From NCBI GenBank assembly GCA_002269645.1, contig NIVC01002946.1, positions 62,001 to 126,000 on the forward strand: DNA of 64,000 bases, written 5' to 3'. The position numbers were made by a program, and so were the translations under genes. The notes beneath the pieces are model-generated. The model was not told the origin of the DNA. It ran no database searches and worked only from the letters and a program-made list of their open reading frames with translations. This DNA is from Macrostomum lignano (taxonomy: Eukaryota). This document shows, piece after piece, positions 28,576-56,500 of the stretch. The number at the start of each line of letters is the position of its first letter. Position 1 is the stretch's first letter.

Positions 28576-28771
28576 TTTATTTTATTGTTAGGCATGTACA
28601 CTTCACTGCGCCTTAGGGGGTTGGCTCTCAAGGCCGTTAATTGCACAAGCAGAGCCAAGCCAAGATTTCAATTCAGCCCCAAATTAATGTGACTGCACTT
28701 GGAATCAAGCCTGGGTCGCTAGCACACCAGGTCACCAGAGCAGCTGCGCTACTGCTGGGCTACGGCCCCCT
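28576..28771 (-). mobile_element. Degenerate tRNA-derived SINE
   Basis: Minus strand reads GGGGGCCGTAGCCCAGCAGTAGCGC (A-box-like) ... GGCTTGATTCC (B-box-like) and ends in AATAAAATAAA. Confidence 0.45.
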
Positions 28772-30109
28772 CTATATGGATACAGATAAGGCTACAATAA
28801 CTTTTTGTGGATATAAATATAGAGTATAGGAACTTTTTAGATGTGGTGGAACTCTAATTTATTATAATCTAAATTCATTTAAGGTTTTCTAGGGTCTATG
28901 TGCCATAGCCATAAGCAAAACTATAGCTTATTCCAATCCAATTCTCCATATTCTGTAGCCATAGAGACCCCAATATTACCACATTCCTGTAGTTCCCATA
29001 GCTATAGTTTTAACAAAAAATCTAGGAAACAAAATATTTTGAATCAAGAAAATAACCTGGTGCTTAAAAACTGCAAATTAGGGTAAAAAATACAACAAAC
29101 ACTCAATTGTCTCTGTAAGATTATATTTTATCCTTTTTACAAAGAGTAACAATACTTAATCACTACTGAAAGTACTAATGCTGAACTTTTTCGCATTGAT
29201 AAAAGTTAGCATTTGCTAGTGTTTTACTTGTATTGTACTTTATTTGGTATATCCTATAAGTTTCTAAGTCTATAATACAATTTACCAAAGTATCTTTGTT
29301 TTACTCTACCTGTTTCTAATATTTTTTAGAGACAACAGAATAAAGGAATCTACGGAATGTGACAACAACTACCATATTTCTATAGTCCTAGCCATAAGAG
29401 CAGCTATCTACTGTAGGCATATCTATAGTTGCCATAGGCACCTGTTTTACCAAATTTGCCATAAGATCCTGTAGTTGTAGCTGTAGCTGTGGTGGAACAG
29501 TAGTTTATAACCATCTTATAAAATTATTGTGAATAAAAATTTAAGTAATTTATATAAGCATAAATATAAAGGCAAATTTTCCATTAAAATACCTGTAATT
29601 TGACCATTTCATATGGGAGAAGAAAGACGCTTTAATAAAGTCTTGTCTACTTAGTTTTCAGTAGTTTGTAAAGGATTGTATGGCTGAAATCTAGTACATT
29701 GATTCCAATCTTGTTATTGGGATGCAAAGCTGCCTACCTTGCCATTGGCTAAGGGATTTAGGGGAGAGAGGTGACTGCGGTTAGACATGCACTGACAGAG
29801 CAGGTCTGGAATTTATAAAAGTAGACAAATGGACTGAGGTTCTGGTAATTCGTCTCCTACTTGTCTTTCGCATCTAAATGGGAGCTACTGCTTGATTTTG
29901 TTGCCAAATTTCTCTGTCTTATATCGCTCGTCAACAACTGTTGACTGACAGCTCAACTGCTTCAGCGGCTCCTGCTACTATGTACAACAAGATTAGCAAC
30001 GATGTTATTTATGAAGAAGAGCTTGATAATTTCACTGAATCCATTTTGACCTTGCCCGTGTCTGTTAGTCTGCCAGGTAGGAATTGCCAAGTCCTCAGAT
30101 TTCAGTTAA

Positions 30110-30470
30110 ATCTGTAGACTATCTATCAATCAATTGGTCTGTAGACTGTCAATCAACTTTCTGTAGACTGTCAAATGACTGTAGACTGTCTGTAGACCGT
30201 CTGTAGACTTTCAATCGACTGTATCAACTGTCTGCAAACTGTCAATCGGCTTTCTGTAGACTGTCTGTAGACTTGCAAACTGTTAATCGGCTTTCTGTAG
30301 ACTGTCTGTCTGTAGACTGTCTGTAGGCTGTCTGTAGACTGTCTGTAGGCTGTTTGTTGACCGTCTGTAGACCGTCAATCAACTGCCTGCCGACTGACAG
30401 TCGACTTTCTGTAGACTTTTAAATGACTATAGACTGTCAAACAACTGTCTGTAGACTGTCAATCAATCAG
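30110..30470. repeat. Degenerate CTGTAGACTGT-type repeat
   Basis: Recurrent CTGTAGACTGTC motifs immediately after the donor-like site at 30077. Confidence 0.7.
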
Positions 30471-31272
30471 TCAATGAGGGGCTGTCAAACTCCCATTCTC
30501 AAGGCGCCTTCAAGACACACGGCAAAACAACTCTTAGTACAAGTCAAGTTCAGACGGCAAATTCATCGGGTGATTGGCGAGTCCAAGGCCCCCAAGTCGG
30601 TCCCAATAGTTGCTCGCTCGTACACGGCTCACCCCAAATTTGCTTACCCCCACAGCCGGCTACGAAATGTAGATTTTTTTCTCACTTCACTTCCTTGTTC
30701 CTCACTTGCTTGAGTGCAGATTTCCCAGTCCGCCCCCTGCCTTACCCTGTCTGGTGCCGGTCGCCGGGTGCAAGGGCAGCGTGCGGTGTTACAAATTCTT
30801 GCGAGCGGTCTGGGGATTGGCTTGTAGCTTAAACAGCGGTAGGGATATGGGGAGATGCAAGCGAATGAGAGAGCACTGTTGAGTTGAAACCGGCTGGCAG
30901 GTAGCTAGCCCAGCCCTCTGAGTCACATTTTGTTTGCGCGGAGGCCCTGGGGGAGGGTGTCTGGCCTGTTCTATACTTGGCTTGCCGGCATTGGGGTGGG
31001 GGGGGGGAGCCCATTGTTGTTTGGCCTTCCCGCGTGCCTTGCCTCGCTATCCATTCTTTTCTCCTCTTCTCGCCTCATTTTCTCCCATCGATGCGTTCAG
31101 CCGGGCATTGAGTTTCTCCCCTGACTGCTACTTGAAGCTGACATTTAGCTGGAATTCGCATAGCCAATGCAGTTTGCAATATATATGTATGTCAAATAGA
31201 TAGGGCGCTAACTAATTAGCTGACGAGGCATTTTCAGCCATAGTAGTTTTGCTCATTAGTGCGCATCTGTAA

Positions 31273-45021
<13,749 letters not shown>

Positions 45022-45084
45022 CTCTGCTGACTGTCGCTTGTGCTCGCTTGCCGTATTTAGTCCATTGTCACCGGCACGAAGTAT

Positions 45085-46925
45085 CGCTAGTCTGTGTCTA
45101 TCTGGCAGGGTTAGAATGGATTGCTAGTCTGTGTCTATCGGTCAGGAATAGAATGGATTGCTAGTCTGTGTCTATCGGACAGGGATAGAATGGATTGCTA
45201 GTCTGTGTCTATCGGGCAGGAATAGAATGGATTGCTAGTCTGTGTCTATCGGTCAGGAATAGAATGGATTGCTAGTCTGTGTCTATCGGACAGGGATAGA
45301 ATGGATTGCTAGTCTGTGTCTATCGGGCAGGAATAGAATGGATTGCTAGTCTGTGTCTGTCGGTCAGGAATAGAATGGATTGCTAGTCTGTGTCTATCGG
45401 ACAGGGATAGAATGGATTGCTAGTCTGTGTCTATCTGGCAGGAATAGAATGGATTGCTAGTCTGTGTCTATCGGTCAGGAATAGAATGGATTGCTAGTCT
45501 GTGTCTATCGGACAGGGATAGAATGGATTGCTAGTCTGTGTCTATCGGACAGGGATAGAATGGATTGCTAGTCTGTGTCTATCGGGCAGGAATAGAATGG
45601 ATTGCTAGTCTGTGTCTATCGGTCAGGAATAGAATGGATTGCTAGTCTGTGTCTATCGGACAGGGATAGAATGGATTGCTAGTCTGTGTCTATCGGGCAG
45701 GAATAGAATGGATTGCTAGTCTGTGTCTATCGGTCAGGAATAGAATGGATTGCTAGTCTGTGTCTATCGGACAGGGATAGAATGGATTGCTAGTCTGTGT
45801 CTATTGGGCAGGAATAGAATAGATTGCTAGTCTGTGTCTATCGGTCAGGAATAGAATGGATTGCTAGTCTGTGTCTATCGGACAGGGATAGAATGGATTG
45901 CTAGTCTGTGTCTATCGGGCAGGAATAGAATGGATTGCTAGTCTGTGTCTATCGGTCAGGAATAGAATGGATTGCTAGTCTGTGTCTATCGGACAGGGAT
46001 AGAATGGATTGCTAGTCTGTGTCTATCGGTCAGGGATAGAATGGATTGCTAGTCTGTGTCTATCGGGCAGGAATAGAATGGATTGCTAGTCTGTGTCTAT
46101 CGGTCAGGAATAGAATGGATTGCTAGTCTGTGTCTATCGGACAGGGATAGAATGGATTGCTAGTCTGTGTCTATCGGGCAGGAATAGAATGGATTGCTAG
46201 TCTGTGTCTATCGGTCAGGAATAGAATGGATTGCTAGTCTGTGTCTATCGGACAGGGATAGAATGGATTGCTAGTCTGTGTCTATCGGCAGGAATAGAAT
46301 GGATTGCTAGTCTGTGTCTATCGGTCAGGAATAGAATGGATTGCTAGTCTGTGTCTATCGGACAGGGATAGAATGGATTGCTAGTCTGTGTCTATCGGGC
46401 AGGAATAGAATGGATTGCTAGTCTGTGTCTATCGGTCAGGAATAGAATGGATTGCTAGTCTGTGTCTATCGGACAGGGATAGAATGGATTGCTAGTCTGT
46501 GTCTATCGGACAGGGATAGAATGGATTGCTAGTCTGTGTCTATCGGTCAGGAATAGAATGGATTGCTAGTCTGTGTCTATCGGACAGGGATAGAATGGAT
46601 TGCTAGTCTGTGTCTATCGGTCAGGAATAGAATGGATTGCTAGTCTGTGTCTATCGGTCAGGAATAGAATGGATTGCTAGTCTGTGTCTATCGGACAGGG
46701 ATAGAATGGATTGCTAGTCTGTGTCTATCGGACAGGATAGAATGGATTGCTAGTCTGTGTCTATCGGGCAGGAATAGAATGGATTGCTAGTCTGTGTCTA
46801 TCGGGCAGGAATAGAGTGGATTGCTAGTCTGTGTCTATCTGGCAGGAATAGAATGGATTGCTAGTCTGTGTCAATCGGACAGGGATTGAATGGATTGCTA
46901 GTCTGTGTGTAAATGGATTGCTAGA
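45085..46925. repeat. 37-bp minisatellite with trimeric higher-order pattern, just 3' of the MAP7 stop
   Basis: Unit GCTAGTCTGTGTCTATCGG(T/A/G)CAGG(A/G)ATAGAATGGATT; three variants cycle. Confidence 0.95.
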
Positions 46926-47999
46926 CTGGTTTATTTCCACTTTTGCCACCTTCGCTGCCAGGTGACCCCAGCTGTTCTCATTGTTCTCATTGCAATTTCG
47001 GCCAGTTTAAATTTAGCAGTAGTATGTAGCGATTAACGATCTGCATTCGCAAGATTTTACTGCATTCAGTCTGATTCGAACCGAGCTGAATAGAAGCTTC
47101 TTGTTGTTGCGCGATCTCATTGCTTCTAGGAGACGAGCTTCCAAGCTTTAATTAGCCGCGTCTATAGTTAATGATGCGTTGGAGCTGGAGCAGTGCAGTC
47201 TGTGCACAGGCCCGCACCCAGTTTAGTCCGAAACAGCTCACTGCTTTTCTAATCTTATTTACTAACAATATGTGTATTATGAACTGCGTATATTGTGATT
47301 TCAGCTGTGTTAACTTTTTACTACTGATGGATTTTTGGGGCGAAATTTTCGATATATAAATATTTTTTAAATTCCTCTCTAGACTTTCGGTTGAATTTGA
47401 AAGCTGTATTAGAGAGAATTATGATTTATTATTCGTAGATGACATGTTTCCGATTTACCCCCTCCAATCGCCGCACTTTCGCCCAGCACCTCTTTCGCCT
47501 TTTTTGTCTTTAGAAAGAACTTTTTTGCCTGTTCATTTCTGTGATCGATTCTTATTTATTTCATATTAGTGTTCTCCGGCGTCACTTTTCCATTTATTTG
47601 ACCCATTACTATATATTACTATTAGTAGTAGTGTGTCTTATATTTGCTTGCTACTGGGCGGCTCATCAGCATTGCTCGCTTATTAGTAATTTTATCTAAT
47701 TATATCTTATAATAAATGCTGAGCATTTCGTGTGCCTCTTTATGCTAGCTAGAGAGTTGTCTGCTCATGGTGTGCTCACGCCCATTCTGGTCTGCCGCCC
47801 TGCCCCCCCCCTGAACTGTCAATCAGACGTTGCTTCTCGAACCTCTTCGATTTTGTGTTTTTTTAAAGACCTGCGCATCTGCTGTCAGTAGGTGGCTATC
47901 TGGTCGGATCGCTGCGTTTCTTATGTACTTTTATTCTTGGCTCATTTTGCTTCTGCCCATTCATCACAGCCAGCTCTGTGTCTGTATGTATGTATGTCT

Positions 48000-48290
<291 letters not shown>

Positions 48291-49199
48291 TCAGTGTGTC
48301 AATCCAACTCTTCAACCCTGCGCAGAGCAGTGTGCAGAGCGCTGTGTCTCTCTGCTGCAGTTCCCAGTCTCTCAATCTGTCGCGTCTTTCATGCCCAGTC
48401 AGATTCCCATGCGGTTGCGCAGTCAGTTTCTATCTGACTCTATCTGATCGTGCCCTGTCTGGTATTCAAATTGTTAGTGTATTTATAGCCAGACTTTGTC
48501 CTTGTTGAGGAACAAACTGGCTCCTTTGTGTTCTTGCGCTGTCGCAGTTTTGTTATATCTATTTGTTTTTCCTAACGCTGTTTACCTGATGGCCAGTGAT
48601 AGCTGCGATATTCGCTCACAATTATTCTCAAGTCCTGCCAGCTCGCTTCAAATGCAAGTTTAGTAGAGTCTGCAGTTTGCACCAAACAGCTGGCCTTAGA
48701 TCTGTACTGTAATTTCAGGCATAGCTGCAGTGCTGGGGCTGGTCAGGATTAGTGGGTGTATCTGGCTTTCTCTCTACCTGCCTACTATATTATCCTCATC
48801 ATGAAAATCGTGCTGTGTCGGCTAACTTCAGCTTTGCTTAATTGCTTAATTGTGCTTTAATAACGTATTAGTTATCGCCCTTGTTTACTGTTTGTTTGTT
48901 TGTTTGTTTGTTTGTTTACTTGTTTGTTGTCCCGCGTTATAATTGGCTGCCAACTTTCTATTACTAAACACAGTAGTATAATAATACTTATAGTAGTGAT
49001 AAATAGTATATGCACCAGTGCCAGCCTGCTAGTGCGCGCCTCTGGTTGCAGGGGTGTCCGGCTTTGCGTCTTACGAAATCAGAAATATAAATAAATAAAT
49101 AAATTTGCTATTCATTCAGCTGCCATCTCTTACTAGTGCTTGCACTTTGTCTGCTTGTTTACCTCTGTTTGCCAATTCTGCTAAAGAGATTTTAACGGT

Positions 49200-49730
49200 A
49201 GACTGTTAAGGGAGACAGAGACTGTTAAGTAGACAGGGAGACTGTTGAGTAGACAGGGAGACTGTTGAGTAGACAGGGAGACTGTTAAGTAGACACGGAG
49301 ACTGTTGGGTAGACAGGGAGACTGTTGGGTAGACAGGGAGACTGTTGGGTAGACAGGGAGACTGTTGGGTAGACAGGGAGACTGTTGGGTAGACAGGGAG
49401 ACTGTTGGGTAGACAGGGAGACTGTTGGGTAGACAGGGAGACTGTTGGGTAGACAGGGAGACTGTTGGGTAGACAGGGAGACTGTTGGGTAGACAGGGAG
49501 ACTGTTGGGTAGACAGGGAGACTGTTGGGTAGACAGGGAGACTGTTGGGTGAACAGGGAGACTGTTGGGTGGACAGGGAGACTGTTGGGTGAACAGGGAG
49601 ACTGTTGGGTAGACAGGGAGACTGTTGGGTAGACAGGGAGACTGTTGGGTAGACAGGGAGACTGTTGGGTGGACAGGGAGACTGTTGGGTAGACACGGAG
49701 ACTGTTGAGTAGACAGGGAGACTGTTAGGT
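49200..49730. repeat. 20-bp minisatellite
   Basis: Unit ACTGTTGGGTAGACAGGGAG. Confidence 0.95.
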
Positions 49731-49789
49731 AGATAGAAAGACGATAGACCCCCGATAGTTGGGTAGACAGGGAAACAGACACAAAATAG

Positions 49790-50265
49790 CAGGGTCACAG
49801 ACACAGGATAGCAGGGTCACAGACACAGGATAGCTGGGTCACAGACACAGGATAGCAGGGTCACAGACACAGGATAGCAGGGTCACATACACAGGATAGC
49901 AGGGTCACAGACACAGGATAGCAGGGTCACAGACACAGGATAGCAGGGTCACATACACAGGATAGCAGGGTCACAGACACAGGATAGCAGGGTCACAGAC
50001 ACAGGATAGCTGGGTCACAGACACAGGATAGCTGGGTCACAGACACAGGATAGCAGGGCCACAGACACAGGATAGCTGGGTCACAGACACAGGATAGCAG
50101 GGTCACAGACACAGGATAGCAGGGTCACAGACACAGGATAGCTGGGTCACAGACACAGGATAGCTGGGTCACAGACACATGATAGCTGGGTCTCAGACAC
50201 AGGATAGCTGGGTCACAGACACAGGATAGCAGGTTCACATACACAGGATAGCAGGGTCACAGACA
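49790..50265. repeat. 22-bp minisatellite
   Basis: Unit CACAGACACAGGATAGCAGGGT. Confidence 0.95.
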
Positions 50266-50384
50266 CATTGACAGATAAATGGACAGACAGGATCAGTGAG
50301 TGACCAGGTACATCAGGTATTTCCCTAATCCCTAATCAGCCAGGCGAATCCCCTGTTCATGCAAGTGCACTCTCAGCGCACTCG

Positions 50385-50804
50385 ATGGCCATCTCCGCCG
50401 CAGCGTCCTGCCTGTTCTCCAGCCTGTTCTCCCTGCTGCTGTTCGCCGGCATGCAGCTGTTCAAGGCCCAGCTAGCCGACAGCAAGCTCGGCACCATTCT
50501 TGGCGGCGGCCTTGGCTCCCTGCTATTCATCCTGCTGCTCACGGCTGTGAATAACTTTGAGAACGCCTTCATTCAGCGCGGATTCCAGTCCCAGCTGTTC
50601 CCAGAGGTGGTTGGCAGCCTCGCACTGGCCTGCATCGCCTCTGGCATGGTGCACCGGGTCTGCATCACCACCTGCTTTATCTTCTCGCTGGTGGCTCTTT
50701 ACTATGTCAACAGCCTGTCGCAGAAGATCTACGCTGCTCCCGTTGAAGCCGCCGCCGCTGCCGCCCTCGCCAGCGCCAATTCCAACAAGAAGAAGCGAAA
50801 GTAG
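50385..50804 (+). CDS. KRTCAP2: Keratinocyte-associated protein 2 (oligosaccharyltransferase accessory subunit KCP2), 139 aa, intronless CDS
   Basis: SLLLFAGMQ...GGLGSLLF..LTAVNNFEN...GFQSQLFPEV...SGMVHRVCITTCFIFSLVALYYVN matches the family as I recall it; basic KKRK C-terminus. Confidence 0.92.
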   Translation: MAISAAASCLFSSLFSLLLFAGMQLFKAQLADSKLGTILGGGLGSLLFILLLTAVNNFENAFIQRGFQSQLFPEVVGSLALACIASGMVHRVCITTCFIFSLVALYYVNSLSQKIYAAPVEAAAAAALASANSNKKKRK

Positions 50805-50869
50805 ACATTTGACCTTCTTTGTCCGGGTTGACTAGGGGCGTTTGGGTAGTTTATTGGTCTTATCTGGAT

Positions 50870-52330
50870 GGTCTGACAGATGTGTCTTATCTATGGTCTG
50901 ACAGATGTGTCTCATCTATGGTCTGACAGATGTGTCTTATCTATGGTCTGACAGATGTGTCTTATCTATGGTCTGACAGATGTGTCTCATCTATGGTCTG
51001 ACACATGTGTCTCATCTATGGTCTGACACGTGTCTCATCTATGGTCTGACAGATGTGTCTCATCTATGGTCTGACACGTGTCTCATCTATGGTCTGACAG
51101 ATGTGTCTCATTTATGGTCTGACAGATGTGTCTCATCTATGGTCTGACAGATGTGTCTCATCTATGGTCTGACAGATGTGTCTCATCTATGGTCTGACAG
51201 ATGTGTCTCATATATGGTCTGACAGATGTGTCTCATCTATGGTCTGACACATGTGTCTCATCTATGGTCTGACACGTGTCTCATCTATGGTCTGACAGAT
51301 GTGTCTCATCTATGGTCTGACACATGTGTCTCATCTATGGTCTGACACATGTGTCTCATCTATGGTCTGACACGTGTCTCATCTATGGTCTGACAGATGT
51401 GTCTCATCTATGGTCTGACACGTGTCTCATCTATGGTCTGACACATGTGTCTCATCTATGGTCTGACACGTGTCTCATTTATGGTCTGACAGAAGTGTCT
51501 CATCTATGGTCTGACAGATGTGTCTCATCTATGGTCTGACAGATGTGTCTCATCTATGGTCTGACAGATGTGTCTCATCTATGGTCTGACAGATGTGTCT
51601 CATCTATGGTCTGACAGATGTGTCTCATCTATGGTCTGACAGATGTGTCTCATCTATGGTCTGACAGATGTGTCTCATCTATGGTCTGACACGTGTCTCA
51701 TCTATGGTCTGACAGATGTGTCTCATCTATGGTCTGACACGTGTCTCATCTATGGTCTGACAGATGTGTCTCATCTATGGTCTGACACGTGTGTCTCATC
51801 TATGGTCTGACACGTGTCTCATCTATGGTCTGACAGATGTGTCTCATCTATGGTCTGACACATGTGTCTCATCTATGGTCTGACACGTGTCTCATCTATG
51901 GTCTGACAGATGTGTCTCATCTATGGTCTGACACGTGTCTCATCTATGGTCTGACAGAAGTGTCTCATCTATGGTCTGACAGATGTGTCTCATCTATGGT
52001 CTGACACGTGTCTCATCTATGGTCTGACAGATGTGTCTCATCTATGGTCTGACACATGTGTCTCATCTATGGTCTGACACGTGTCTCATCTATGGTCTGA
52101 CAGATGTGTCTCATCTATGGTCTGACACGTGTCTCATCTATGGTCTGACAGATGTGTCTCATCTATGGTCTGACACGTGTCTCATCTATGGTCTGACAGA
52201 TGTGTCTCATCTATGGTCTGACACATGTGTCTCATCTATGGTCTGACACGTGTCTCATCTATGGTCTGACAGATGTGTCTCATCTATGGTCTGACACGTG
52301 TCTCATCTATGGTCTGACAGATGTGTCTCA
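50870..52330. repeat. 25/23-bp minisatellite 3' of KRTCAP2
   Basis: Unit CATCTATGGTCTGACAGATGTGTCT with a 2-bp-shorter variant. Confidence 0.95.
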
Positions 52331-53214
52331 TTTGTAGCATTATTATCCTCTATAGATATGTCTGATCCGGATACAGAGTTCAGCTATTGTACAACAGTTA
52401 AGAGAATTCTCATACGAGTTCTGTCTATGAGTTTGGAAATTACTCTGATCTATATATGAATCAAATTAGGCGTTCAACATTATTAATTATCCCCGTTTTG
52501 CTTTATTATCACTAATCCCATTTCTTTATTTATAAAATTAGAATTCTTTATTCCTGAACAAATTGGCTAATGTTTCATCACTTCTAGCGTTTTCTACAGC
52601 ATGTTATTCTCTGTTCTGTAGCAAAATGTAACAAAAACTTGGTTGGTCACATGTTTATTTAATAAGTAGCAATGAATGAGCTAGTAATTAGTTAGGTTTG
52701 GCTAAAAATATTTGCCATAATTTCATTGTCCAATCGCAATATCAAGTTTGATTTCTTTTTTCCTTTTATGTTAAAAATTCTCATCAATATTTGTCTTCTC
52801 AGACTACTCAGTTATTAGTAGTCTAAAATGGGATATTTTCAAACGAAATAAACAAATTATAAATTTGAATCGATGAATGTCAAAACGTGCCAATTCTAAT
52901 GCCGGTTGCCTCACCCTTGCTTGGCGTGAGCCTTGGTTTCGGTTGACTCGCGCTGAATTTTTTTATCTGGCTGGCTTGAGACCGAGTTTCCTCATCTGGT
53001 GTCGGGTGTGCCTAATTTATTATTTGTCATTTCTGCTCTACTCTTGTCAAGTTTTGTCTGCTATGATACCATTAGCTAGTTTTTGTGTGTCTGTCGGTTC
53101 ATTTTATTTGGCTAGCTATCGTATAACTAAATATAAAGCATTCTAGGATTTGCAAAAAAATCGTTTTAATTCTTCTATTTTGTAAGCGATAAATACTTCT
53201 AGTCAGGCTTGCCA

Positions 53215-53472
53215 ACCACTCTCCCAGATCCTCAGACTGAGCAGCCAGCCTCCCAGATCCTCAGACTGAGCAGCCAGCCTCCCAGATCCTCAGACTGAGC
53301 AGCCAGCCTCCCAGATCCTCAGACTGAGCAGCCAGCCTCCCAGATCCTCAGACTGAGCAGCCAGCCTCCCAGATCCTCAGACTGAGCAGCCAGCCTCCCA
53401 GATCCTCAGACTGAGCAGCCAGCCTCCCAGATCCTCAGACTGAGCAGCCAGCCTCCCAGATCCTCAGACTGA
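53215..53472. repeat. 29-bp minisatellite just upstream of PCCB
   Basis: Unit GAGCAGCCAGCCTCCCAGATCCTCAGACT. Confidence 0.95.
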
Positions 53473-53537
53473 GCCCTACAAAACTGCATGCAGCGCACAG
53501 CCAACGCGTAGAGTTTCCAACGCCCATTTATGCCAAA

Positions 53538-56500
53538 ATGCTTCGGTCCGGCATTCGTGGCCTGCTGTCCTTGCCCGGCTCCGCCCTGCCCGGCGCCCTG
53601 TCGCTGCGCACCACCTACTCGGCGGCGCTGACCCTGCGAGTGCGCGAAAAGATCGCGGATACCCGTCGCCGATCGCAAGAGGGCGGCGGCGCCAAGCGAA
53701 TCGACGCCCAGCACCAGAAGGGCAAGCTGACCGCCCGGGAGCGAATCGAGCTTCTCATGGACCCTGGCAGCTTTCGCGAATACGACGCCTTCGTTGAGCA
53801 CGACTGCATCGACTTCGGCATGGAAAAGTCCAAGACCCCGGCCGACAGCGTGGTGACGGGGCACGGCCTCATCCACGGCCGGCCGGCGTTCGTGTTCAGC
53901 CAGGACTTCACCGTCTACGGTGGCAGCCTCTCACTGGCCCACGCCAAGAAGATTTGCAAGGTCTGCTCGCTGAAAAGTTTTCTTCCGGCATCTTTGTTAC
54001 ATTTTATTTGTGACGTCATTATTCATTATGACGTCATTTTTATCTTGGGTTACGTAATCCACCCGTGCAAGCTAAATGGCGTCAAATTTAGAGATTCTTT
54101 GTCGAAGTGTCGGACTGTGAATAATTTTCAGAGAACTATTTCTTTTAGTTAAATCAGGGTGGGAAAACTCCAACCTGTGGGCCATATGCGGCGCTATATC
54201 CGGCACTCAGGTCCTTGGACACTTTAGACTGGCAATCCGCTCTTCTCAGTTATCTCCTCTCCCCTCCTCCCTCTCCTCTTCTCTCCTCTCATCCCATGTA
54301 AACTCTCTTATCTTATCTCCTCTTCTCTCCCCCCCTATTTCCCCCCCCCCCTATCTCGTATCTTTGATGACGTCATTGTAGTTCTTCTATCTATGACATC
54401 ATCTTTGGCATGTTTTTTGTTGGATGAAGTCATCGTCGTCTAGTTATGACGTCATCGTGTCTACTAAGTCTCCCCCATCGCCCCATAGGTGATGGACCAG
54501 GCCATGGTGGTCGGCGCCCCGGTCATCGGCCTCAACGACAGCGGCGGCGCCCGCATCCAGGAGGGCGTGGCCAGCCTGGCCGGCTATGCCGACATCTTCG
54601 AGCGCAACGTGCTGGCCTCCGGCGTGGTGCCGCAGATCTCCATGATCATGGGACCCTGCGCCGGCGGCGCCGTGTACTCCCCTGCCCTCACCGACTTCAT
54701 CTTCATGGTGGAGCAGTCCTCCTACCTGTTCATCACCGGCCCCGATGTGGTCAAGACTGTTACTGGTGAGCCCTGCTGCCCAGCGCCTTCGCCCGGCTCT
54801 CTGACTCTCCGTCTGACTCTGACTTCTCTCTTGCTGACTCTCTGACTCTGATATCCCTCTGTCTGACCCTCAGACTCGGACATCCCTCAACCTGACTCTC
54901 TGACATCCTTCTACCCGACTCTCTGACATCCCTCTACCTGACTCTCTGACATCCCTCTACCTGACTCTCTGACATCCCTCTACCTGATTCTCTGACATCC
55001 CTCTACCTGACTCTGACATCCCTCTACCTGACTCTGACATCCCTCTACCTGATTCTCTGACATCCCTCTACCTGACTCTGACATCCCTCTACCTGACTCT
55101 GACATCCCTCTACCCGACTCTCTGACATCCCTCTATCTGACTCGAACATCCCTCTGACTCTGACATCCCTCTACCTGACTCTGACATCCCTCTACCTGAC
55201 TCTGACATCCCTCTACCTGACTCTGACATCTCTCTATCTGACTCTCTAACATTCTCTAACTGACTCTGACATTCTCCATCTGACTCTCTAACATTCTCTA
55301 TCTGACTCTCTGACATCCTCTATCTGACTCTCTGACATTCTCTATCTGACTCTCTAACATTTAATCTGCTCGCAGCAATCTTCACAGTTTATTTATCACA
55401 AACTCTGGGCCTTATGGTTTGCGTCTCCACCTCACCGTCGCTTCCTTCCCGCCGCACCCAGGCGAGAATGTCACCCAGGAGGAGCTGGGCGGCTCCAAGA
55501 CCCACACCGTCACCTCGGGCGTGGCGCATCGCGCCTTCGAGAACGACGTCGACGCTCTGGCTACCCTGCGCGAGCTGTACACCTTCTTGCCGCTGTCCAA
55601 TCGCGACAGGGCCCCCATCCGCGAGTGTCAGGTGAGTCCGTTCTCGGAGTTCTCAACCTCTTGATCAATTTTCTAGCAGTTTTACACAGTTGTTGACTCG
55701 CTGACCCAGTTGTTGGGTCCCCCTGACACAGTTGTTGACTCGCTGACCCAGTTGTTAAGTCCCTGACCCAGTTGTTGACTCGCTGACCCAGTTGTTGAGT
55801 CCCTGACCCAGTTGTTGACTCGCTGACTCACTGTTTACTCACTGACCCAGTTGTTAAGTCCCTGACCCAGTTGTTGACTCGCTGACCCAGTTGTTGAGTC
55901 CCTGACCCAGTTGTTGACTCGCTGACCCAGTTGTTGAGTTCCTGACCCAGTTGTTTACTCGCTGACCCAGTTGTTGAGTTCCTGACTCAGTTGTTGACTC
56001 GCTGACCCAGTTGTTGAGTTCCTGACCCAGTTGTTGACTCGCTGACCTAGTTGTTGAGTCCCTGACCCTGTTGTTGACTCGCTGACCCAGTTGTTGAGTT
56101 CCTGACCCAGTTGTTGACTCGCTGACCCAGTTGTTGAGTCCCTGACCCAGTTGTTGACTCGCTGACTCACTCTCACTGTTTACTCACTGACCCAGTCGTT
56201 GACTCGCTGACCCAGTTGTTGACTCGCTGACCCAGTTGTTGAGTTCCTGACCCAGTTGTTGACTCGCTGACCTAGTTGTTGAGTCCCTGACCCAGTTGTT
56301 GACTCGCTGACCTAGTTGTTGACTCGCTGACGCGCTGATAAATAATAAATAATAAATATTATAATAATAAAATAAATATAAATATTTTTATATTAAAACA
56401 ACATTTAAACTTGTAGGGTATGGTAAGTGCTTGCAGTTCAAAATTCGCAATTCAAATCCTTTGTGGGAGGAGCAGACAGCTGATTTTATTTAAATCCACG

